DNA of 64,000 nt, from NCBI RefSeq assembly GCF_006345805.1, contig NC_043002.1, forward strand, positions 111,414,001-111,478,000. Direction: 5' to 3'. The notes below the pieces were generated by a model, which was not told the origin of the DNA, did not search any database, and worked only from the letters and a program-made list of their open reading frames with translations. Positions within the stretch are counted from its first letter, which is position 1, and each line of letters opens with the position of its first letter. This DNA is from Octopus sinensis (taxonomy: Eukaryota). Positions 11,660 through 21,662 of this stretch are shown here, one piece after another. The position numbers were made by a program, and so were the translations under genes.

Positions 11660-12050
11660 CAAACTCAAACTTCAAACTCCACCCGTGGACATGTTTACAA
11701 AGTCAGAAAACAGCACAGCTCCCATGACTTCAGGAAACATTTTTTCATGCTGAGAGTTGCTGAAGCATGGAACAAACTGCCGGCATCAGTTGTTAGTTGT
11801 CGGAGCACTGCATCCTTCAAAACTTCCATGCTTTCTGAGACTCGCCAACACTACACCTGATTTTCTCAAAACTTCTATGCTTTCTGAGACTCGCCAACAC
11901 TACACCTGATTTCCTCCCCTCCATACACACACAAGCATGTATCTGACTCATGCATTGTTTGCTTTCCAGACATTTGTACATTACTGCATATACTCTGACA
12001 AGTTGTGGTGCACCTGAGCACTGTATACAATAATTTCATTATTATTATAT
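11660..12050 (+). mobile_element. Short 3' fragment of the same CR1/L2-type LINE family, with a tandem duplication of the ORF end
   Basis: TRGHVYKVRKQHSSHDFRKHFFMLRVAEAWNKLP; ~43-bp duplication at 11820-11912; shared GTGCACCTGAGCACTGTA...ATT tail. Confidence 0.85.
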
Positions 12051-12352
12051 GTCATTTCTTAAGTCTACCTGTATCAAGAGTATTCTCCATCATTATCTCA
12101 CAAGCATATTTCACTCAGAACACATCTCCATTTGAATTATATGCTCACACCAGTGTTGCTTCTCATGCATATGTTAATCACTCTCTTTGCTTTCATAGTT
12201 CATTTTAGTCCAACCCTTCTCATATATTAATATTGTTCATTCAACAGGTCATATTCATTTTATTCCTCCACATTCTATGTTCAAATCTCACTTGAATTGC
12301 CTTTGTTTCATCATATCAGGACCAATTTTGTTGTTATTATTATTGTGGAAAA

Positions 12353-13156
12353 TGGTGGCACGTGAAATGCACCAATCTGACCGTGGCCAGCCTCGCCTGG
12401 CACCAGTTCAGGTGGCACGTAAAAAGCACCCACTACACTCACGGAGTGGTTGGCGTTAGGAAGGGCATCCAGCTGTAGAAACATTGCCAGATAAGACCGG
12501 AGCCTGGTGCAGCCTTCTGGCTTCCCAGATCCCCGGTCGAACTGTCCAACCCATGCTAGCATGGAGAACAGACGTTAAATGATGATGATGATTGTCAGAA
12601 TCATTAGAACAGTGGAGGAAAAATGCTTTGCAGTATTTATATTGGTGTTTTATGTTCTGAGTTCAAATCCTGCCAAAGTCAATTTTGTCTTTCAACCCTT
12701 CAGAGTTGATAAATTGCCGAAGCTGATTTAATTAACTAACGTCTTCCTTCCAGATTGCTGGCCTTGTATCTAAATTAGAAACAATTGTTGTTGCTATTAT
12801 TATTATTATTATTATTATTGTCGGTGAATTAGATATTGTCGGTGGCACGTAAAAAGCACCATCCGAATCATGGCCGAAGCCAGTGCCGCCTCGACTGGCT
12901 TCCGTGCAGGTGGCACGTAAAAGGCACCAATCCGACCGTGGCCGATGCCAGCCTCGCCTGGCACCAGTGCAGGTGGCACGTAAAAAGCACCCACTACACT
13001 CACGGAGTGGTTGGCGTTAGGAAGGGCATCCAGCTGTAGAAACATAGCCAGATAAGACCGGAGCCTGGTGCAGCCTTCTGGCTTCCCAGATCCTCGGTCG
13101 AACCGTCCAACCCATGCTAGCATGAAGAACGGACGTTAAACGATGATGATGATGAT
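12353..13156 (+). mobile_element. Two RTE 3'-UTR fragments (12353-12592, 12839-13156), each followed by a degenerate SINE
   Basis: Both end in GGACGTTAAA(C/T)GATGATGATG. Further copies at 1-55, 19717-19957, 26581-26905, 32117-32259, 47931-48320, 54732-54890, 59543-59845 and 60914-61066. Confidence 0.8.
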
Positions 13157-13410
13157 TGTGGTAAGTTGGCAGAATTGTTAGGGCACTGGGCAAGATGCTT
13201 AGCAGCATTTTGTCTGTCTTTGTTTTAAGTTCAAATTCCACTGAGGTCAACTTACCTTTCATCCTTTCGGGGGTCGATAAATTAAGTACCAGTTGAGTAC
13301 TGGGGTCAATGCAATTAGACTTATTCCCTGCTCCAAAGTTGCTGGCCTTGTGCCAAAATATGAAACCGTTATTATTATTGATGCACACCTGCATGAATAT
13401 CTAATTTTAG

Positions 13411-13659
13411 GTCGCATTCAGACTCATGGTATTGGTGGCGGACACAAACAGAACTACAGGATGGTTGACTTCAAAAAAGACGGACCAAGGGAAGGTCCAC
13501 CTCTTGTGGAAGTAGTCAAGTGTGTACGCTATGATCCGTGTCGCACTGCTGACATAGCAGTGGTAGCCACCGGTGTAAGTAGGCGCTACATCTTAGCCAG
13601 TCAGAACATGAAAGCAGGAGATCTGATTAAAACATCGAGGCATATCCCTCGCATGGCAG
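13411..13659 (+). CDS. MRPL2: MRPL2 coding exon 3 ([21 protein letters not shown]...[15 protein letters not shown]...HIPRMA)
   Basis: uL2 RNA-binding domain motifs GGGHK and YDPxRxAxIA; AG at 13409-10, GTAAG at 13660; 249 nt, phase 1/1. Confidence 0.97.
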
Positions 13660-13842
13660 GTAAGGCTGCTTATTAAGTTATTTCTTTTTTATTATTATTA
13701 CCTGATAATAATTTTTTGTGTTACTATTGTCCATTTTTTCATGTTGATATGGGTTGTGTCTTGTCAGGAAGTACAAGTCAATTGCTGTCGTAAGGTTTTT
13801 AACTCTTAGCCGTGTGATCTATCATGCATACCTTACCATCAT

Positions 13843-14231
13843 GGATGGAAGCACTCCATCGGTTACGACGATGAGGGTCCCGGTTGATCCGAATCAACGG
13901 AACAGCCTGCTCGTGAAATTAACGTGTAAGTGGCTGAGCACTCCACAGACACGTGTACCCTTAACGTAGTTCTCGGGGATATTCAGCGTGACACAGAGAG
14001 TGACAAGGCCGGCCCCTTGAAATACAGGTACAACAGAAACAGGAAGTAAGAGTGAGAGAAAGTTGTGGTGAAAGAGTACAGCAGGGATCACCACCATCCC
14101 CTGCCGGAGCCTCGCGGAGCTTTTAGGTGTTTTCGCTCAATAAACACTCACAACGCCCGGTCTGGGAATCGAAACCGCAATCCTATGACCGCGAGTCCGC
14201 TGCCCTAACCACTGGGTCATTGCGCCTCCAT
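13843..14231 (-). mobile_element. tRNA-derived SINE family D
   Basis: Head GGAGGCGCAATGACCCAGTGGTTAGGGCAGCGGACTC...TTCGATTCCC; flanked by TTACCATCAT; near-identical copies at 22066-22452 and 38091-38481. Confidence 0.85.
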
Positions 14232-14912
14232 GCTCTTACCATCATAGCTGTTGAATGGTTTCATATGAGGGAAAATATTCAGCATTAACAAAGTTCATTG
14301 TTTAAATAGTTAACAGTCTTTGTTGTAGACCAGCTCTCATCCAACAAAGGCATTTCTTTTGTAACCATTTCCTCTTTCGCATATCTAGGACTACACTTTC
14401 TGATGTGTCCTGCCTTTTCTTTTCTTTTTTCTTTTGAAGACTAGAGCATGATTTGAGGGAGGTTCAGCTGCTGCTTCTCGCAAAGCAAGTGACCCTCATC
14501 TTTAACCGGTAGTTGTATGCATAAAGTCCAGAAGTGGACACAAAACTGCTCTTTTATGTGTGTGTGAAGTTATCCTTTTATTGAATTTTGTTTTCTACGA
14601 GAAGGCAGTAAGTTGAGGTTCATAAGTGGTAATATAGCATTGAGTTTGTTTCATGTCAAACGAGGACATAGTCCAGGCCAAAAGCAAGGAATGGCATTGG
14701 AATTGAGGTTATGCAGCTCATTAACTCCAATTCAATGTTGATGAAACAGATCTATGATTGAAGCTCTGACATCACTCTCTTTGTATATATATATATATCC
14801 ACATTAAGTGAGATATAAAGATTGCTATTCAATACTAATACTCCTATCACTAATAACTAATTTTTACCAATCCTACCAGATTTTTGCAACATCAGTAACT
14901 GATTAGTCACTG

Positions 14913-14949
<37 letters not shown>

Positions 14950-14981
14950 TTTATTTAAAAGCAGCAGAAATATAACAAAAG

Positions 14982-15019
14982 CTGTTACTCAGAGTTTCAC
15001 GTTCCTGTTTGTCGGACAG
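14982..15019 (-). ncRNA. Degenerate hammerhead-like motif
   Basis: Minus strand CTGT-CCGACAA-ACAGGAACGT-GAAA-CTC t GAG-TA-ACAG: stems I and III pair, but the core has two deviations and stem II has a mismatch. Confidence 0.35.
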
Positions 15020-15567
15020 TTTTGTTAAAATGGAACAAAAATAATGATATAATCAAAACTAGTTAAAGGAAACACCTTTAAAAATGGATTTCTTTCAATG
15101 GTCCTTTCAGTTAAAGGTCTTAAGCATGCAATGAACAAAATAAATGAATTCAATATAAATTCATCCTATTGTAAAATCGAAAAGTAGATTCAAAATACAT
15201 ATTGTGAATAATTATATACGAAATATAAGTCAATTAATACATTAAAATTAAAATTTTCCTGCTGTATTACATAAATATTTTACAACAGTATATACTCATA
15301 CTAGACCAGCTATAATATACTTCAAAATACATAGCTGCATGCACATAGTTACATATACAGGCATAAATATGTAAGACAGATATATATGCACATATACACA
15401 TATATGCACACAACCATATAAGCGCACACAAAAATCTCGTGGTGTGTATATATATATATATATATAAAGTTAATCCAAACAAGAAAGCACAAAAAAAACA
15501 CAGCAACGCGAGGACGTGGAACAAATAAAGTATTATTGGACGCTCAGGAAAGAAGGGAAGAAGGAGG

Positions 15568-15602
15568 GTTTAACGTTTCGAGCAGAGCTCTTCGTCGGAA
15601 AC
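15568..15602 (-). ncRNA. Minimal hammerhead-like motif (Penelope-type, U4C deviation, extra A after A9)
   Basis: Minus strand GTTT-CCGACGA-A-GAGC tct GCTC-GAAA-CGT-T-AAAC: stem I GTTT/AAAC, stem II GAGC/GCTC, loopless palindromic stem III AACGTT. Confidence 0.55.
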
Positions 15603-16062
15603 ATAGGAGAAGGAAAGATCTTGAGAAGGGGAGACAGAGGAAAAAAAAAAAAATCGCTGGCAGTACTCACGAGGTCACACATATATATATATATAGAAGT
15701 CAGTTGTAACAGACAAGAGAGATAGGAAGTATATCTTAAACATAGGGAGGGGGGAAAGAAAAAGAAAAGAAGAACCCTAAATGTAACAGCTAGCGAAAGA
15801 AAGAGGGCAGTAAGGGGAGAGGGAGAAGAGGAATGCATAGTTTAAGGATGCTATCAAAGTAACGAATAGGGAGAGAAAGGATACTTTGCGTAAGGAAAGA
15901 AAAGGAGAGAGAGATAGGTGACGGAATATGTGTAACAAACGTATACATAAAATAAAATTATATATATAGGTATATATTAGGATATAAATACACATATAAG
16001 ATCACGTAGATCAATATATCTCCGTTGAATCACAAATTGTTTCATATTTTCTTCTGTTTCAG

Positions 16063-16475
16063 TGAAGGCAAACGAAGGTGATTCCTATCCTCTTGGGGCT
16101 CTACCCATTGGCACTTTGGTCCACAACGTCGAAATTTACGCTGATAACTATGGTAAAATGGCACGAGCTGCAGGAACTTGTGCTCAACTGGTTCGTAAAG
16201 TTGGAAATCAGTGTGTTGTGCGACTTCCATCTAAACGAGAAATCAGTGTATCTAAACATTGCATGGCCACAGTTGGACGAGTTTCTAATGTTGAACACAA
16301 CAAGCAGCACATAGGTTCAGCACAAAGATCACGGTGGCTGGGAATTCGACCACAGAGTGGACTTTGGCATCGTAAGACCGGTTATAATGGTCGGAAAATT
16401 AGACCAATTCCTCCTTTAAAAACCTACTCAAAGTCTAAACCAGCGAAACCAGCTATACACAAGTTTTCTTTTTAA
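16063..16475 (+). CDS. MRPL2: MRPL2 last coding exon (VKANEGDSYPLGALPIGTLVHNVE...ARAAGT...RLPSKR...ATVGRVSN...SRWLGIRP...WHRKTG...KFSF*)
   Basis: uL2 C-terminal motifs; AG at 16061-62; stop TAA 16473-75. The four exons total 879 nt = 292 aa + stop with no frame break. Confidence 0.97.
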
Positions 16476-16481
16476 AACAGC

Positions 16482-16487
16482 AATAAA
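16482..16487 (+). promoter_or_regulatory. Candidate polyadenylation signal of MRPL2 (AATAAA)
   Basis: AATAAA 6 nt after the stop codon, followed by T-rich sequence. Confidence 0.55.
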
Positions 16488-16603
16488 TTTTTTTAATGGA
16501 TATTGAATGTAGTTATGTTCTTACATTTATTTACGATTATAGATTTTTCATCGTTAATTGATAATTTATATAAACTTTGCTCAGAATACAACATTGCCTT
16601 TAA

Positions 16604-16824
16604 CCCTTTCGTTACCGTATTTATTTTGAGGTGTTCTGTGTTTCTTTCAATTACTTTAAATATAACAAAGAATTTAGTAAAATAACTTAGTTATCATTCA
16701 GCTTGTATTAGGAACATAAATTGTGACTAAGGTTTGGTGCAAGATTTTAATTGAAACCTTAAGAAAACAAGACATTTGTACAACAGAGCCAGAGCCGGTT
16801 TCAGCCGGGTTGGTAACAAAAGGG
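16604..16824. mobile_element. TTAA-flanked MITE family 1 (piggyBac-like ends)
   Basis: TTAA|CCCTTTCGTTACC...GGTAACAAAAGGG|TTAA; four copies in the window. Confidence 0.85.
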
Positions 16825-17049
16825 TTAAGTTTCAAGATTCTATTTCTGATTAAAGTAATATCACTCTGAGTGTTAATATTTTGGCAATGGCATAGACATG
16901 ACTGTTTGTAAAGAAGTTTATTTCAAAACCATATGGTTTCAAGTTCAGTCCCTCTACATGGCACCTTGGACACTATGTCCAGACTGTTACACAAGCCATA
17001 CAATTTAATGACAGTACAGTCCATTCATTAAAGATGAAAGGGAGGGTCT

Positions 17050-17468
17050 TTAAGGGTTGTGTGAGAGCTGCAATGCTGTATGGGAGAGTGAGACATAGGG
17101 TCTGAGGGAAAGAGATGATAATTTTGAGAAGGACTGAGAGAGCAATCTATGGGGTGAAGCTGTTTTAAATAAGAGCAGGACTGAAGATTTGATGGGAATA
17201 CTGGGGCTGGTGGAATGGTTGGCAAGGGCAAATGAAGTGAGGTGGTATGGACATGTGTTGAGGAGAGATGAAGAGCATGTTCTGAGGAGGGTGATTGCAT
17301 TTGAGGTAAATGGAGCGCAAAAGCAAGGTAGACCAAGGAAAAGGCGGAGGCGATTGGGAGGGTTAGTTTGAAAAAGGACGCCCATTACCGGGCGAGATGC
17401 TGTGAGGGCTGTTGCTATGGCAATGAGGTAGATCTGGCCACTCTCATTAACAGGGACAAAACCCAGAT
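17050..17468 (+). mobile_element. RTE-like LINE 3' remnant (second family)
   Basis: VRWYGHVLRRDEEHVLRR...GRPRK; its 3' end also appears inverted at ~29405-29680. Confidence 0.7.
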
Positions 17469-17472
17469 TTAA

Positions 17473-17691
17473 CCCTTTAGTGTTCAGATTATTCAATCAA
17501 ACATAATGCCTATTGATTCCCATTGATTTGAATTAATCATGCATTATCTCATATCTTCAAGATCTTGATGGTGTAATTACTTAATGTAGAATAACATTGT
17601 AGGGTAGGTGTGAGAGCCTGGATCTGGTCAGTTTGAACATAAAACAGATTAACTATTTTGGCCGGATATGGCCGGTTTAAATACTAAAGGG
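17473..17691. mobile_element. TTAA-flanked MITE family 2
   Basis: TTAA|CCCTTTAGTGTT...TACTAAAGGG|TTAA. Confidence 0.8.
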
Positions 17692-17857
17692 TTAAGACAC
17701 TGGTCGATGATGATGAAACTAGTGTCCCCAACCAGTTGCACGAGGGTTATAATAAATTTGTTACAATAACTTTATATTGTATTTAATTTACATGTTTAGT
17801 ATAAAAGAAAATTTACGAGAAAACAAATTTTGCAAACAAATTTTTAAAAAAATGTAG

Positions 17858-17863
17858 TTTATT
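17858..17863 (-). promoter_or_regulatory. Candidate polyadenylation signal of RTCB (AATAAA on minus strand)
   Basis: TTTATT on +, about 120 nt past the RTCB stop. Confidence 0.5.
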
Positions 17864-17984
17864 GCTAAAAAGGATTGAATGTAATATAACAGAAACCAGG
17901 ATGGCAATTAACAGTTGTTCATATTATAAATAGATTGATCCTTTTTAGGCAGTCAATGAACAGTTATTTTCTTCCTTTTCTTCT

Positions 17985-18049
17985 TTATCCTTTAATGACT
18001 CCAATAGGACGAAGTTTGATAGCTTTTTTACTAATTCCAGCCTCATGAC
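17985..18049 (-). CDS. RTCB: RTCB last coding exon (CHEAGISKKAIKLRPIGVIKG*)
   Basis: Canonical RtcB C-terminus LRPIxVIKG-stop. The 13 exons sum to 504 aa with consistent phases. Confidence 0.95.
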
Positions 18050-18116
18050 CTGAAATAGATATCAATATTGAATATAAAACAAACTAGAACCAATTACAAA
18101 ACTGATTAATGTTTAA

Positions 18117-18334
18117 CCCTTTCGTTACCATATTTATTTTGAAATGCTGTGTTTCTGTCAATTACTTTAAATATAACAAAGAAATTAGTAAAATAACTTA
18201 GTCATCATTAAACTAGTGTTAGGAACATAAATTGAGACTAAAGTTTGGTGGAAGATTTTAATTCAAAACTTATGAAGACAAGACATTTGTACTCAGAGCC
18301 AGAGCCGATTTTGGCCGGGTTGGTAACGAAAGGG
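18117..18334. mobile_element. TTAA-flanked MITE family 1
   Basis: TTAA TSD, CCCTTTCGTTACC TIRs. Confidence 0.85.
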
Positions 18335-18926
18335 TTAAGGCTGTGATTCCCAACATGGGGCATGGTAATATTTTGGTGAGGCATGCATAGGGTTATGTTG
18401 AATTTAAACCTGTTGTACACAATGTTTAGTATAGCAATAGAGAAAGGGGGCAATTTGAGAATGAGGTATTAGAAAAAAAAAAAAAATCTTTACATCCCGT
18501 CTGTGGACAATTTTATATCAAATTTTGGACACTTTAGAGACAACAGGTTGTTTTCATCATATTCATAAGCTCTGATGTCACTAAAGAGGGAATAGATTAT
18601 TTGTGGTATGTGAAAATGTGTAGGTAAATTACAAACGCTTATGTGAAAGAGAAAGAGACAGACAGACAGACATAGATAGAGATTTATGGTATTGGTAACA
18701 TACACATATACACACACATACTCTTTTAATTGTTTCAGTCATTTGACTGCGGCCATGCTGGAGCACCGCCTTTTTTAATCGAGCAACTCGACCCCGGGAC
18801 TTATTCTTTTGTAAGCCCAGTACTTATTCTATCAGTCTCTTTTGCCGAACCGCTAAATAACGGGGACATAAACACACTAGCATCGGTTGTCAAGCAATGC
18901 TGGGGGGACAAACACACACGCACATA

Positions 18927-18964
<38 letters not shown>

Positions 18965-20151
18965 CATATATACGACGGGCTTCTTTCAGTTTCCGTCTAC
19001 CAAATCCACTCACAAGGCATTGGTCGGCCCGGGGCTATAGCAGAAGACGCTTGCCCAAGGTGCCACACAGTGGGACTGAACCTGGAACCATGTGGTTGGT
19101 AAACAAGCTACTTACCACACAGCCACGCCTACATATATGAACAAAGATGAAAATTAACAGGTCATTTTATTCTCACCAGTCAGCTTGGTGAATTCAGCAA
19201 AAAGGTAAGAAAAAATTTCCATCATTGATACAAAGGTTTTTGCAGCTGAGAAGATTCATGGAATATTTTTTGATGCTTTTTGAGCATATTTTCTGAAGGT
19301 TTATACCGAAATCTTTTCGAAATAATTGTTGAAAAGATTTGCTTGAACTGAAATCTCTTTGTGTTTGATTCAAAAATACATAAAATGAGAAGTGCAAGTA
19401 AAAAGAAGTTCGTCAGAGAAATATTTAAAATTTGGATTTATATCTGCTATCCACAATAAACTGTCACCAAGTTATGGGCGAAAAACTCAGATTTTGTGAA
19501 TTTTCCAAAGTCCTCTCCTCACCCCACTGGAAAAGATTTTCCCACAAATTTCTTTATGATTTGTAGCCTATGCTGGTTGAAAGGTATTTATATAAAATTT
19601 CATTTATGAAAAAAAAAACAAAAAAAACAAAAACAATTTCCCTAAAAGTTATGAGGGAAAAATTCAGATCTTGTGAATATTCCAAAGCCCGTTGCTTTCG
19701 GCACATTTTTTCATATACATCATCATCATCGTTTAGTGTCAGTTTTCCATGCTGGCATGGGTTGGACGGTGCAACTGGGGTCTGGGAAGCCAGAAGGCTG
19801 CACCAGGCCCAGTCTGATTTGGCAATGTTTCTACGGCTGGATGCCCTTCCTAACGCCAACCACTCCATGAGTGTAGTGGGTGCTTTTTACATGCCACCGG
19901 CACAGGTGCCAGGGGAGGCTGGCAAACGGCCACGGTCGGATTGTGCTTTTTACGTGCCTACAAATTTTTTTTTTACGTCTTGCAGTTTTTTTTAAAATTT
20001 CATTTCCGGGTAATATTGTAAACATTAACCAAATTTTGAATAACAAAAATTGAATATCACAAGGGGGCATCAGGATTTTAGAAATGATTTGGTGGGGCAT
20101 GGCCAAAAATCAGTTGGGAACTACTGGTTTAAGGGAAAGAAATATACTTAC

Positions 20152-20194
20152 AAGTGTTTACAACATCTGTGACATCTTTGTAAGATTTTGGTGC
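20152..20194 (-). CDS. RTCB: RTCB coding exon 12, 43-nt small exon (APKSYKDVTDVVNT)
   Basis: Completes the EEAPxxYK motif; TTTCAG acceptor, GTAAGT donor, phase 0/1. Confidence 0.93.
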
Positions 20195-21093
20195 CTGAAA
20201 CGAGTTAATAATTGACACTGTTATAACAATACAACATTAATAACAAAAGAATTAATTAAAAAAGCTTCTTAACTTATTACTTAAAGATGTTAAATTACAA
20301 AATTTCTTGACATATTGGGTTGGAAGAGGAGAATGATGATAATGTCTATCATCAAAATCATCTGTCTTCCATGATGGCATGGGTGGAAAGGGTCAATAGG
20401 ATCTGAATGTGTTCTTTGGTATAATTTCTATGACTGGACGCCCTTCCTGATACCAACTATTTTACAGAGAGTACTGGGTGTTTTTTCTTTCTTCCTGAGA
20501 TGGTGCTGGTGAGGTTACCAAGTAACTTGCAAGAAAATTCCTCTTGATTAAGTTGGGGAGTAGTAAGAGGGAGTTGGCTTTATGCTGAGTGTCTATAGGT
20601 TAAAATATGAAATGGAGAAAGAATAAGTGATTTACTGTAGAGGACAGGTGTGAGTAGCTGGAGAAAGAGATAGCAATAAGGCGTCAGGGCATACCCTCAA
20701 GGTACAAGAAGGCAAAGAGAGGATTGAGAAGAGTGACTGGATAAATATAGAAGGGTGACAGATGGATAGAGATAGAGGGGAGTGCAGTTAAGGGTGGACT
20801 CAGGGTCAATAGTACATATAAATTTGGGAGAGAGGCAGTACAGAAAGGGTGGAGAACAGCAGCATAATGAACCTGTAGATAAATGGAGAGATAAAGGAGT
20901 ATGTGTGGGGAGACAGATGGAAGTCAGTAGTGTGTAGGGATGGGTATAGTAAATGGTTAACAAAAGAGAGGGGTGTGAATGGTAGATAAAGGCTTGTCTG
21001 TCTGATGGACAACAAGGACATTGTCTACAATCAGTTTAGTATATTACCAAGTCAATATTGAGGTCATAGATAAGGAGAAACAATTCATACATA

Positions 21094-21662
21094 ACGTAAA
21101 GTGTACTAGCCATCTGAATGTGGCTAGCCACTGGGGGTGGGTGTTACTGAAGCTTATAGCCCCAGGAGATCATCGTCTCCAGCTGGCTTAGACACACTTT
21201 CTGTGCCCTTCTGATATTCGCTAAGGGAGGTCATCCCCTCTCGCTAGTACACTTTACGTTGTCAAGCAGTTACTGTTTACATCTCGTTCGGAGATTTATT
21301 AATGCTTTCAGACAGTTTTTCTTAATCAGTGACAGTGGTTGCTGGGAAAAACATTAAATAGATATTCGCAAACAGGTCTCCCCAATCGAAAACCGGTGAT
21401 TACTGTACGTTGACGAGAGGCAAAAACCTCGAAACTATAGTCCGTATGTATCACTTAGGTTTTTGAGAGGGGATGACCTCCCTTTGCGAATATCAGAAGA
21501 GCACAGAAAGTGTGTCTAAAGCCAGCTGGAGACGATGATCTCCTGGGGCTATAAGCTTCAGTAACACCCCCCACCCCTAGTGTTTAGCCATATTAAGATG
21601 GCTAGTATACTTTACGTTGTCGAGCGGTTACTGTTTACATCTCGTTCAGAGATTTATTAATG
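21094..21662 (+). mobile_element. Hammerhead-bearing Penelope pseudo-LTR / retrozyme-like insertion
   Basis: 12-bp TSD AATTCATACATA (21082-93, 21663-74); 21094-21242 is an inverted copy of 21465-21617; 21243-21304 is repeated directly at 21601-21662; central hammerhead. Confidence 0.75.
21396..21454 (+). ncRNA. Minimal type I hammerhead ribozyme, C3U core variant
   Basis: Stem I TGTACG/CGTATG extended by GTGAT/ATCAC; core TTGACGA; stem II GAGG-caaaaa-CCTC; GAAA; stem III AC-tata-GT (palindromic CTATAG); GUC cleavage triplet at 21440-42. Confidence 0.8.

Noticed and set aside
13293-13410. N-terminal extension of the MRPL2 ORF in the track ([10 protein letters not shown]...)
   Set aside because: It is SINE-derived intron sequence; the exon starts at the acceptor at 13411 and better upstream exons exist.
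14150-14231. tRNA-like heads as real tRNA genes (also the family A and B heads)
   Set aside because: A/B boxes are present but no full cloverleaf; each is fused to a SINE body and occurs in multiple copies.
18494-18580. Possible extra RTCB exon (DIRAYEYDENNLL... in the ORF track, with AG and GT-like ends)
   Set aside because: Inclusion in the RTCB phase-1 frame gives a premature stop, the protein is complete without it, and the peptide has no recognisable homology.
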